Shown: positions 1 to 8,962 of the stretch, piece after piece
How positions within the stretch are numbered: position 1 is the stretch's first letter
How the letters are laid out: every line of letters starts with the position of its first letter
Source: an uncultured Lentisphaeria bacterium
GTDB taxonomy: Bacteria > Fidelibacterota > UBA8477 > JABMPR01
Length of the DNA stretch: 64,000 nt
Assembly (NCBI GenBank): GCA_964578155.1
Contig: CAZOBQ010000003.1
Coordinates: forward strand, 4,390-68,389
Direction of reading: 5' to 3'
Program-made: the position numbers and the translations under genes
The notes under the pieces: generated by a model
The model's input: the letters and a program-made list of their open reading frames with translations, nothing else
Database searches by the model: none
What the model was told of the DNA's origin: nothing

Positions 1-398
1 TTTAGTGCAGGTCGAAATCGAGCGGAGAGTACGGTACGCAGGGTCTTAATATAGGGATACATTCTTTAGGAGTCCTTCAGGTAAATCAAATCAAACATTA
101 TTGGCTACGCTAGATGTAGAATAATACAATCCAGAAAGCAATCCCAATTTGAAGAGTAGCGTTTACTTAGGTAGATTTCTGAGATGTGTTTAGCTTGCGA
201 CTGACAGGGGCGTTAAATAATTCAGCAGAAATCGAATCACATCAGTGTATTCAATATTACTCAGAGGAAAAGAAAAATAAAGGAGGTCAACCTGGTTTAT
301 TAAAGTCAAAAATGTACCTACGACTAGAGAGACAGGTAAGCTCTTTCTAATTGCAGGTAGAATCTGCATAAATGATAGCTTAAAGAGCACAGAAGTTC

Positions 399-2345
399 CT
401 AAACCAGGGTCACATCACTTGCTATTTCAAGTAATGCTGGTCCAGTCGCATTGAATAACTTCTCGAGGGCAGACAAAAGCTCTGATTTTTGAGATACTGA
501 GAACCCTTTAGCTCCAATGGATGTTGCCAGTTGCGCAAAATCGGGATTAACTAAATCAGTTCCCCATACAGGAAACTCCCCAGCACGCTGCTCTTTGGAA
601 ATCTTACCCAATTCATTATTATTCAAAACTACGATCTTGATGGGCATCTTATATTTAACAAGAGTGGTAAATTCGGCCAGATATTGGCATAGCCCTCCAT
701 CGCCACTGACTACTACAACAGGTCGCTCATTCCCGACGGCAGCCCAGGCTCCCAGCGCCGCAGGTAAGGCAAAACCAATGGATCCTAGATAACCTGACAT
801 CAAGAACGCCTGATTTTTGGACTCAAAATACCGTCCTAGTGAATAGGCATTGTTTCCAACATCGACACAGACCACAGCATCATCTGGAATCACTTTGGTT
901 AATTCATGGAAAATTGCGCTGGAGCTAATTCCCATCCCGCGATCTTCCTGCAGGCGTTTCGACTTTTCAGCCCTCCAGATATTCCAACGTTCACTGATCT
1001 CCTCACGATGGTCCACACTAAGAAACTTAGTTCCTCTTTGATCCTGAATGAGTTCAAGAGTTGCGGAAATCTCACCCCAAACAGGATAGTCGATCTCATC
1101 GAACTTGCTGAGGGCAAGGGCATCAAAATCAATCTGAATGGTTGGTTTCTTGGGTGTAATACCGGTATGTTTTGAAAAAGAAGCTCCAATGACCAGCAAC
1201 AAGTCGCTTTCATTCATGAAATAAGAGGCGATAGGTGTCCCGCTTCGACCGAGAACACCGCCAGCCAGTTCATGCTGGTCTGAAATAAGACCCTTACCTT
1301 TAAATGTTGTGACTACAGGACACCTGAGTGTTTCAGCCAGGTTTTTTACCTGCTCCATATGAAATCTGGCTCCGTGGCCCACAATGATCACAGGGCGCTT
1401 GGCTTTACGCAAAGAGCGTAGTGCCATCTCCAACTGTTCCGGGGGTGGAGAAATATTTTGTTGTGTTATTCTGAGTCGAGGATCAAGAATTTGAGTATCT
1501 GGAGCCGGAGTGACTTGAACTTCATCAGGAAAGGTCAGGTGGGTAGGTTCACGATTTAGAAAGGCGTGCTTGATAGCTTGAGTCATTAACTCTGAATGTT
1601 TGGAGTCCTTGTGAACACGATGGTTAAAATTGGCAACACTTTGAAAGGCTTGGAGAAGATCTACTTCCTGAAAAGTACCTGTCCCGATCACCTGGGTTTC
1701 GATTTGTCCCGTCAATGCGATCAGGGGAGCACGATCAACCCGGGCATCCCACAGACCGGTGAACATGTTGGTTGAACCGGGACCTGCGATAGCAAAACAA
1801 GCGGCTGGTCGCCCCGTCAGTTTCCCATAGGCAGATGCTGCAAATGAAGCAGCTCCCTCATGTCTGATTCCAATGTATTGAAGTTTGCCTTTTTTTTCCT
1901 GCCGTCGCATGGCATCAGCTAAACCCAAATTTGAATGGCCCACCATTCCAAACACAGTGTTTACACCTGCTTTGACCATGGTCTCGATCATGACATCAGC
2001 TACTGTGGCTGCATGTGGCTCTGCCATGGGCAGTCCAATAAAGACCTGCTGCCCCTCGATCTTCACAGCATAGCTTTCAACACCATCATCAAAACCTGGC
2101 GCCTTTCCGCTACACGGATGGTAATCCCAACCATGCCAGGGACATCTTAGCAGCCCCTTTTCAATGCTTCCCTCGCCTAGTGGTCCCCCCTGGTGAGGAC
2201 AATGGTTATCCAGGGCACAAATTTCACCTTCAAAATGAGTAAGACAGACCTGTTTGGTGTCTGCTGTTACTGTCATGACGCGTCCTTCAACTAGGAAATC
2301 TTTATCCTCTAGGACTAGCCACCATTTTAGATTTTTTTTATTCAT
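399..2345 (-). CDS. Rieske [2Fe-2S] domain fused to a thiamine-diphosphate-dependent enzyme of the pyruvate oxidase / acetolactate synthase family
   Basis: The N-terminal ~110 aa carry a Rieske motif, CPH, 16 residues, then CPWH (HCPHQGGPLGEGSIEKGLLRCPWHGWDY). The remainder has the three-domain ThDP enzyme architecture, including the GDG...NN ThDP-binding motif (VSGDGGLCQY...VVLNNNELG). Confidence 0.8.
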   Translation of the reverse strand: MNKKNLKWWLVLEDKDFLVEGRVMTVTADTKQVCLTHFEGEICALDNHCPHQGGPLGEGSIEKGLLRCPWHGWDYHPCSGKAPGFDDGVESYAVKIEGQQVFIGLPMAEPHAATVADVMIETMVKAGVNTVFGMVGHSNLGLADAMRRQEKKGKLQYIGIRHEGAASFAASAYGKLTGRPAACFAIAGPGSTNMFTGLWDARVDRAPLIALTGQIETQVIGTGTFQEVDLLQAFQSVANFNHRVHKDSKHSELMTQAIKHAFLNREPTHLTFPDEVQVTPAPDTQILDPRLRITQQNISPPPEQLEMALRSLRKAKRPVIIVGHGARFHMEQVKNLAETLRCPVVTTFKGKGLISDQHELAGGVLGRSGTPIASYFMNESDLLLVIGASFSKHTGITPKKPTIQIDFDALALSKFDEIDYPVWGEISATLELIQDQRGTKFLSVDHREEISERWNIWRAEKSKRLQEDRGMGISSSAIFHELTKVIPDDAVVCVDVGNNAYSLGRYFESKNQAFLMSGYLGSIGFALPAALGAWAAVGNERPVVVVSGDGGLCQYLAEFTTLVKYKMPIKIVVLNNNELGKISKEQRAGEFPVWGTDLVNPDFAQLATSIGAKGFSVSQKSELLSALEKLFNATGPALLEIASDVTLV

Positions 2346-2561
2346 CTTTATGCTCCACCAAAAAATTGAAGTAGTTAATTGTATTACAAGGTCGCCCCTG
2401 ATCTATCACTCCGTAATAGATATCCATTAGAATAGTTAACGATAGCATGGTTTGTTGTCTTGTCAACGACAAAAGAAGAGGAACAGATTCCAAGTTATTT
2501 ACTTTCGGATGAAACCCATATGGTCTTTAGTGAAAGATAATGGGCTAAAACAGATGCTGAA

Positions 2562-3050
2562 CTAGATCATGGCCAGCAATTTTCTCTTCTGTTTCGTGTA
2601 TTCTTTATTAGATAAAAGCTCGGTGGATTGCAGTTCATACAATGTTTCTATCTGGCTTATCACTTCTGCGGTGGATATGACTCCGGCATCTGGATTAACA
2701 GACATCCCGATCCTGTTAAGCAAAGTTCCTTTTGCTCGACTAAATTCCTTCTCAGTAATCAATCCTTTATTCATAATTGTGTTGAGTGCTACAATATCTT
2801 CTGCAGCATCTTCAGCTGTGATAAGCACCAGATTTGAAGGATATGTTGTAGTGGTTTTGCTGGTGACAATGACCGGCGTATAATAGCGATATGAACGATA
2901 GGATGAATAATACGGAGTATATCTTGAGTAATACGCGGGTGTGTAATGTCCTCTGTAATAAGGACGCGTATGATGTCGTCGGTGGTTAGGATTGGCCTGT
3001 ACAAAAAGAACAGCCATTAAGAGTAAAATTGTAATTTTGGAAATATTCAT
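2562..3050 (-). CDS. Secreted protein with a Tyr/Arg-rich low-complexity region and two SHOCT-like C-terminal motifs
   Basis: Signal peptide MNISKITILLLMAVLFVQA. YY/RY repeats (PYYRGHYTPAYYSRYTPYYSSYRSYRYY). Two SHOCT-like motifs (KGLITEKEFSRAKGTLLNRI and LLSNKEYTKQKRKLLAMI). Confidence 0.55.
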   Translation of the reverse strand: MNISKITILLLMAVLFVQANPNHRRHHTRPYYRGHYTPAYYSRYTPYYSSYRSYRYYTPVIVTSKTTTTYPSNLVLITAEDAAEDIVALNTIMNKGLITEKEFSRAKGTLLNRIGMSVNPDAGVISTAEVISQIETLYELQSTELLSNKEYTKQKRKLLAMI

Positions 3051-3148
3051 ATGGACACCTCAGTTAATTGTTATGTCTTTAGACATCCAATGTTCCTGAT
3101 AGGTTAAGTAAATTCAGGGATTAATGAAGAAAATTGTTTTGGAAAAAC

Positions 3149-4738
3149 TCAGGGTTTGATATAAATGAATTTCCCAATGTAGTGCTGGGTACCCGAATTA
3201 ACCGAAATAAGATAGAGCTGATCTGCCAATGTCTTATTCTTCGGCAAGGATCCCTCCAACACAAAAGCGGAGCTGGCCTCAAGTGATAAATCAGCCACAT
3301 GACGTCCGAGGATATCGAATAAATGAACTTCTTCAGTGAGTTCGGCTACTGGATCAGGAAGAAGGATACTGATATTCTTTCCTGCTGTTGGATTTGGGTA
3401 GATCAAACATTGGTTTGAGGATAAGGTTTCTACATTATTAAAATAGCTGAGCAGCTTGGGAACTCCCCAACCATAGGTGTTGTTCGGACTGTCGCTGTTG
3501 TCACCACTTTGTCGAAAAATAGAGATGACGGAATCAGGTGCTAAATCTGAGTGAGATTGTAACAGGAGAGCAGCCAGTCCTGCGATCAGAGGTGTTGCAT
3601 ACGAAGTTCCAGCACCTCCCATAAAACTACCTGTACCAGTTGCTAGGACGACGGAAGATCCCATGGCCACCACATCTGGTTTGATTCGTCCATCATATGT
3701 TGGACCCCGGCTGGAGAAATTTGTGATGTCACCACTGGCATAAGTTGCCCCTACACTTAGTACATGCGGGCTATCAGCCGGCGGTCGAACGGTCATGGCA
3801 CTAGGGCCATCATTACCCATGGCGTTTACCACCAGGATTCCCCGCTCAGCAGCGATGTTGGCGGCTTTCGAAACAATAGTTGTTTCTCCATCAAGTGCCC
3901 GTACAGAGTAATCTTTATCGGGCGGAGTAAAGTCATCAAAGTAGGCTAGAGAAGATGAAATAATATCAACACCCAGGGAATCTGCCCATTCAACAGCAGC
4001 CAGCCAGTTTTGTTCTTCTATGTGGGTCTCAGTTGGCCTGTACTCAGTACGAGCCAAAAGAAAAGAAGCACCAAAAGCCGGTCCGATTAACTCTCCTGTA
4101 TAGTATCCACCCAAGATGCTTAACACATGGGTCCCATGCTCGTTGAGCGGGTCTACTCCATCAACATTAAGCTCGTGGTCAACAAAATCATATTGATCAA
4201 CAATATCCATTTGGTCAAAGACTGGATGATCAGTGTCAAATCCCGTATCAAATACAGCAACCAGAACGCCAGAACCATCAAAACCATAGTCATGGATTGT
4301 AGGCACATCCAGCATTTGGTTTTGGGTGTAAGAATCACCGTAATAAGGAGTTGATACTTTTGCGGCTTCTTTATGCAAGGTTTCAATGGGCTTATTCACA
4401 ATCCGAGATGCCACGGGCAAGACAGAGGTGACGAATGAAAGACTTGATATTTCATTAAGTTGGTCTTGACCTTCAATTTCAATACTGGCCGCATTCAGAA
4501 ACCGGGAAACCGTACTAATTCTATAACCAGCCACCCTGATCTTGGCCAAATGATCAGGAGAGACAGTTCTATCACCTTGAACATTTGGCGCGCCACGTTT
4601 TACCAGCCGCTCATAGGCCTTTTCCGTCAATTGAACTTTTGGTCTGGAAGCATCATCCTCAAAGAATACCCAATACAGTCTGGCAGAGACAGACCCGGCA
4701 AGCAAACTAAAGAGTAATATGATGCGTAATAACAGCAT
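3149..4738 (-). CDS. Subtilisin-family (S8) serine peptidase with T9SS C-terminal sorting domain
   Basis: Signal peptide. Asp/His/Ser catalytic motifs (VAVFDTGFD, HGTHVLSILGG, GTSYATPLIAGLAALL). C-terminal Por-secretion-type domain (CLIYPNPTAGKN...YIKP). Confidence 0.85.
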   Translation of the reverse strand: MLLLRIILLFSLLAGSVSARLYWVFFEDDASRPKVQLTEKAYERLVKRGAPNVQGDRTVSPDHLAKIRVAGYRISTVSRFLNAASIEIEGQDQLNEISSLSFVTSVLPVASRIVNKPIETLHKEAAKVSTPYYGDSYTQNQMLDVPTIHDYGFDGSGVLVAVFDTGFDTDHPVFDQMDIVDQYDFVDHELNVDGVDPLNEHGTHVLSILGGYYTGELIGPAFGASFLLARTEYRPTETHIEEQNWLAAVEWADSLGVDIISSSLAYFDDFTPPDKDYSVRALDGETTIVSKAANIAAERGILVVNAMGNDGPSAMTVRPPADSPHVLSVGATYASGDITNFSSRGPTYDGRIKPDVVAMGSSVVLATGTGSFMGGAGTSYATPLIAGLAALLLQSHSDLAPDSVISIFRQSGDNSDSPNNTYGWGVPKLLSYFNNVETLSSNQCLIYPNPTAGKNISILLPDPVAELTEEVHLFDILGRHVADLSLEASSAFVLEGSLPKNKTLADQLYLISVNSGTQHYIGKFIYIKP

Positions 4739-4795
4739 GAACTAAAAGTAGGAACGATTAGCAAGATGGAAATAGATCATTTTCTAATTCAGAAC

Positions 4796-6178
4796 TCAGG
4801 ACAATGGCTTTAACCGTGCCGTAAAATGTCTTAGAACTGGAGCTTCATATTCTATTTCATATCCACCAATACTATCTCTACCCTGGAATAACTCTATGAT
4901 GTTCTCAGCCACATATTGCATCTGGCTATTGGTGTACACGCGCCTGGGAATGGCCAGTCTCACCAATTCCAAATCAGGATAGCTAACCTGACCTGTTGCA
5001 GTGTCCTCTTTGGCAAACATAAGGCTCCCAATTTCAACAGCACGAATCCCCGCATGTGTGTAGAGTGCTACTGTTAAAGCGATACCGGGAAATTGTGACT
5101 GAGAAACATGGGGTAGAAAATTCTTTGCATCTAAATAGATGGCATGACCACCTGCGGGTCTAAGAATGGGCACACCGGCATCAATTAGGCGATCGCCCAA
5201 TTCTTCTACCTGGGATATGCGATAGGCTAGGTAATCCTCGTGGAGGACCTCTTCCAGTCCACGGGCAATAGCTTCCATGTCACGGCCGGCCAAGCCACCA
5301 TAGGTGGGAAATCCTTCGATGAGGATCAAGCGATTGGTGATCTGCTGGGCCAGTTCCCCATTATTCGTGGCAAAAAAACCACCCATATTGACCAGGCCAT
5401 CCTTCTTGGCACTCATGGTGCATCCATCTGCGTAGGAAAACATCTCATTGGCGATTTCAAGGATACTTTTTTCCTGGTAACCGTCTTCACGAATTTTGAT
5501 AAAATAGGCATTTTCAGCGAATCGACAGGCATCTATGAAGAAAGGAATGCCATGTTTATGCAGTAATTCGGATGTAGCTCTGATATTCGCCATGGAAACC
5601 GGCTGTCCACCACCTGAGTTATTGGTGATGGTTAACATACCAATTGGAATTCGGTCTGCGCCAACCTCCTCAATCAATTTTGCTAATTTATTCAGATCGA
5701 TATTACCTTTAAAATCAGCCAATGCCTGAGTGTCTTTGGCAATATCGACCACCAGATCAACTGCAATACCACCGTTATACTCAACATTGGCTCTGGTTGT
5801 ATCAAAATGATTGTTGTTTGGTATAACCAGATCTTTTCGGTCTTTCAGAATCGTTGAGAACAAGAGATTCTCAGCGACTCGACCCTGATGGGTAGGGATC
5901 ACATGTTCGAAACCAAAGATCTTGTGGACCGCTTTTTCAAAATGGAAGTAATTCTTACTGCCAGCGTAGGATTCATCTCCTCGCATCATGCCGGCCCATT
6001 GGTTGTCACTCATGGCACTGGTGCCACTATCTGTGAGCAGGTCGATATAAATTTTCTCAGCGGGGATATTGAAAACATTGAATCCGGCATCTTGAATGAT
6101 GGCCAAACGCTCCCAGTCAGTGGTGCGGGTGATAGGCTCAATAGTTTTGATCCGAAATGGTTCTGGTGGATATTTCAT
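4796..6178 (-). CDS. Tryptophanase / tyrosine phenol-lyase family beta-eliminating lyase (PLP-dependent)
   Basis: Near-collinear similarity to E. coli TnaA (PEPFRI...IDLLTDSGT...MSAKKD PLP-lysine region...GIRAVEIGS). I cannot separate TnaA from Tpl by eye. Confidence 0.85.
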   Translation of the reverse strand: MKYPPEPFRIKTIEPITRTTDWERLAIIQDAGFNVFNIPAEKIYIDLLTDSGTSAMSDNQWAGMMRGDESYAGSKNYFHFEKAVHKIFGFEHVIPTHQGRVAENLLFSTILKDRKDLVIPNNNHFDTTRANVEYNGGIAVDLVVDIAKDTQALADFKGNIDLNKLAKLIEEVGADRIPIGMLTITNNSGGGQPVSMANIRATSELLHKHGIPFFIDACRFAENAYFIKIREDGYQEKSILEIANEMFSYADGCTMSAKKDGLVNMGGFFATNNGELAQQITNRLILIEGFPTYGGLAGRDMEAIARGLEEVLHEDYLAYRISQVEELGDRLIDAGVPILRPAGGHAIYLDAKNFLPHVSQSQFPGIALTVALYTHAGIRAVEIGSLMFAKEDTATGQVSYPDLELVRLAIPRRVYTNSQMQYVAENIIELFQGRDSIGGYEIEYEAPVLRHFTARLKPLS

Positions 6179-6192
6179 TCCATTTTTCCTTA

Positions 6193-7077
6193 TTAAGAAT
6201 TTTCAGCTGAAGTTGTGGCTAGCTTTTCTTGAAAGAATGTATGTAGACGATCCCAAAACTCAGGATGATGGTGACAGTTTGAATGAGCAAAGCCTGGGAT
6301 ACTCCAACATTGACTTTGTCCTGCCCTGGCGGCCTTGCACAGCTTCTCACCCTGAGAGGGTAGAACGACCTGATCCTCATCCCCATGAATGATAAAAAAT
6401 GAAGCCCTGGCTTTGGCAATGCAATTTTCAGGAGCGAAGGAGTCAAAGGTGACCCCAATAATTGACTCAATCTGTTTCAGAGCATACCAGATCACAGGTT
6501 TTGGCATGTAATATTCCTTAAACCGTCTGGTCATGACATCCACAGGATGTGCCGGAGCACCAACCGTAGCCACAGCTTTGATCATGGGCTCAAGGGAAGC
6601 AGCATAGACCGCGCCTGCACCACCAAGAGAAAGACCAACGACACCGATCTTGTCTGAATCAATATTTAGGGTTTGAGCATACTTGACAGCCGCCAGAATA
6701 TCTTGTCCAAATTTGTAGAGGGATGCATGATCATCCTTATCGCTTGAGCCATGATGACGAGAATCAAAAGCCATCAGGTTATAACCCAGAGGATGTAGGT
6801 GCTGTATATAGCGGAGCATGCGCCCTAAATTTCGGTATAGACCATGGACCAGAATTAAAGTTGGGGCAGACTCAGAATTTTGAGCTGCCGGCATCCACCA
6901 GCCATAAAGTGATTTATCATTTACAGTGGGGAAGTGTACTTCCTCGTAAGCGAGATCAAATTTATCTGGTGTTTCTTTGTGTGAAACAGGCTTTACATCA
7001 TAGACTTTACGGATAAAGATGTGTATGAAAATAAATGCCGCGAGAAGTCCAAATAGTATCCAGAGGAAAATTGTCAT
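6193..7077 (-). CDS. Alpha/beta hydrolase with N-terminal membrane anchor
   Basis: N-terminal TM helix. GxSxG nucleophile elbow (GLSLGGAG). Later His. Confidence 0.7.
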   Translation of the reverse strand: MTIFLWILFGLLAAFIFIHIFIRKVYDVKPVSHKETPDKFDLAYEEVHFPTVNDKSLYGWWMPAAQNSESAPTLILVHGLYRNLGRMLRYIQHLHPLGYNLMAFDSRHHGSSDKDDHASLYKFGQDILAAVKYAQTLNIDSDKIGVVGLSLGGAGAVYAASLEPMIKAVATVGAPAHPVDVMTRRFKEYYMPKPVIWYALKQIESIIGVTFDSFAPENCIAKARASFFIIHGDEDQVVLPSQGEKLCKAARAGQSQCWSIPGFAHSNCHHHPEFWDRLHTFFQEKLATTSAENS

Positions 7078-7117
7078 AAGGCCAGTAAGCTACTTCTATT
7101 AGTGGTGAAAATCCAGC

Positions 7118-8962
7118 CTAGCCTTTGATAAACACGATCTGTGCGGAGTTTGCCTTAGTTGTCTGCTTTCTAAAGTTGTAAAAGACTTCATAAGCATCGA
7201 TTGGGATATATGGTTGATTGTCTTCAAATACCCAGCTCGACTTTAAGACACCCTCCATATGCGAATAGATGGCGCTATATGACCCATAATCTGTCTCAAG
7301 TAAAAAATCCTTTGGGGTTGACTCAACTGAAAGACCATCAGCATAAGTAAGCTCTATTTGTGCAGAATACCGAGATGGAGAACCAGCATTGTAAGGTTTA
7401 GTTCTTCGCTTTGGATGCTCTCCATACCATCCAATCTTGCCAGGCATGGCTAAATTAACAAAAAGTCGCTTTCCGGTTTTTGATCCTAAATGAGGGATAT
7501 GGCTCTTTAGGTGAATAGTTAAGGATTTATTCTTATCATCAAGGTTTGTTATCTGGAAATCTTCAAGCTCTAGACCGGGAGCAGACTCTTTGAAGCTGGA
7601 AATAATTAATTCGCGTTGTTCTTTTAGCGTACTTCGCTTAATGCTACTGCGCCACCTTCGAGCGGCTGTTCCAATTAATTCCAATTCACCCTCCAATGTT
7701 GCTGAACCACTCAATTGAAGATGTATTGAACCGGTGAATGATGTTTGATTTGCGCTTGAAGATAGAATGGGTGTTTTAGCTAAGACCGGACCCTCACCAC
7801 CAACAACTAGGACGAAGCGGCCTTGATCCTCGGGTGGCAAAAAATCTACGGCTCCCTCATCATAAGTGCAGTCAATCCAGAGTGAATCTTTTTCTAAAGG
7901 AACACAGGCAATAACGTGATTGAATCGATTGTTTGGGAATTCAGGATAGACTTCTCCGGCAGACTTTGTTAAGATCAACACGGGGTGAGCTATGATATTG
8001 TGGTGAGATAGCAATGAGATAAAAAAGGTAGATAGATCCTTGCAGTCTCCGTAGCTATTATCGCAAACCCACTGACTTGTATGTGGTTTCCATCCATGTA
8101 TGCCTAAAGACATGGCGACATAACGGGTCTTCTCTTGCACATAATTGTATATCTGTCGAATGGTATCAGCTTTACTATCAGAGGGTTCTATAATCAGGTC
8201 ATTTACAGAATTTGTGTCTAAATCAAATTGACTTTTTGTAAGCTCCCAATAGAAATTAGCTATTCCCTCCCATGAAGACTCTGATCCTGTATATCCTTCA
8301 AGCGTAAATTGCCCCGTGGAGAAGAAGACCCTATATGTATCATATACATCAGCTGGCATGTATTTTTCATCAGGATAAGGAGGTAGATTAGATTGTTTCC
8401 ACTGATATTCATCTGTTGAAATTTGGGTCATTTTTATATCAGAGGGGCTAAAACTCTTGAATTCATAATTAGCAGGTGTTTCAAGGGTATAACTTGCCTC
8501 TTCTACAACAATATCCTCCTGTGGACTCCAAGCTGGCCAAAAGAAGAGACTCTTGATTGAAACGGTATATTCAATTTCAATAGTGTAAGGAACTTGAATG
8601 AGATCAGAGACATTCAGATAGTAATAGGTGTCACCCGAGACTAGAATTCCAGGTGGTGCTCCCTGAATTTTATCAAAATGTTTTTTCTTGAAACTTTTCT
8701 TCTTCTTTCCCTTTGCATCAAAAATCTGCACCTTGACATTCGCTAGCTTTTTATATTTGTCCTCACTGATAACCACCTCACCATGGCTCTTCCCATACTT
8801 GTCAGCGATGAGAATCTTCTCATGAACAGAAAGCGTTGCCTTCTCATCGCTATGAATAAGCATTTTTGTGGTCGATGCCAGCACCTTGCTTTTTTCTGCC
8901 CCTATAGTCTCAGGTGGGCTGAAGCAGAGGAACAGGAGGGCTATAAGAAATACTTTATTCAT
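7118..8962 (-). CDS. Secreted transglutaminase-like (DUF3857-type) protein
   Basis: Signal peptide. Transglutaminase-like Cys-His-Asp core (YGDCKDLSTFFISLL...FNHVIACV...WIDCTYDEG). Confidence 0.65.
   Translation of the reverse strand: MNKVFLIALLFLCFSPPETIGAEKSKVLASTTKMLIHSDEKATLSVHEKILIADKYGKSHGEVVISEDKYKKLANVKVQIFDAKGKKKKSFKKKHFDKIQGAPPGILVSGDTYYYLNVSDLIQVPYTIEIEYTVSIKSLFFWPAWSPQEDIVVEEASYTLETPANYEFKSFSPSDIKMTQISTDEYQWKQSNLPPYPDEKYMPADVYDTYRVFFSTGQFTLEGYTGSESSWEGIANFYWELTKSQFDLDTNSVNDLIIEPSDSKADTIRQIYNYVQEKTRYVAMSLGIHGWKPHTSQWVCDNSYGDCKDLSTFFISLLSHHNIIAHPVLILTKSAGEVYPEFPNNRFNHVIACVPLEKDSLWIDCTYDEGAVDFLPPEDQGRFVLVVGGEGPVLAKTPILSSSANQTSFTGSIHLQLSGSATLEGELELIGTAARRWRSSIKRSTLKEQRELIISSFKESAPGLELEDFQITNLDDKNKSLTIHLKSHIPHLGSKTGKRLFVNLAMPGKIGWYGEHPKRRTKPYNAGSPSRYSAQIELTYADGLSVESTPKDFLLETDYGSYSAIYSHMEGVLKSSWVFEDNQPYIPIDAYEVFYNFRKQTTKANSAQIVFIKG

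Noticed and set aside
517-1213. Several 60-100-aa ORFs on both strands inside the Rieske-ThDP gene, and similar antisense or overlapping ORFs inside most large genes (for example 3764-3949, 5240-5566, 15424-15618, 21611-21859, 22509-22995, 34556-34862, 42346-42943, 54248-54943)
   Set aside because: They lie within or antisense to long ORFs that have clear domain signatures. They have no RBS and are low-complexity, so they are artefacts of six-frame translation.
2346-2561. Small inverted repeat TTGTC-AAC-GACAA in the promoter region upstream of the Rieske-ThDP gene
   Set aside because: It is only 5-bp half-sites and could arise by chance. I kept it out of the features.
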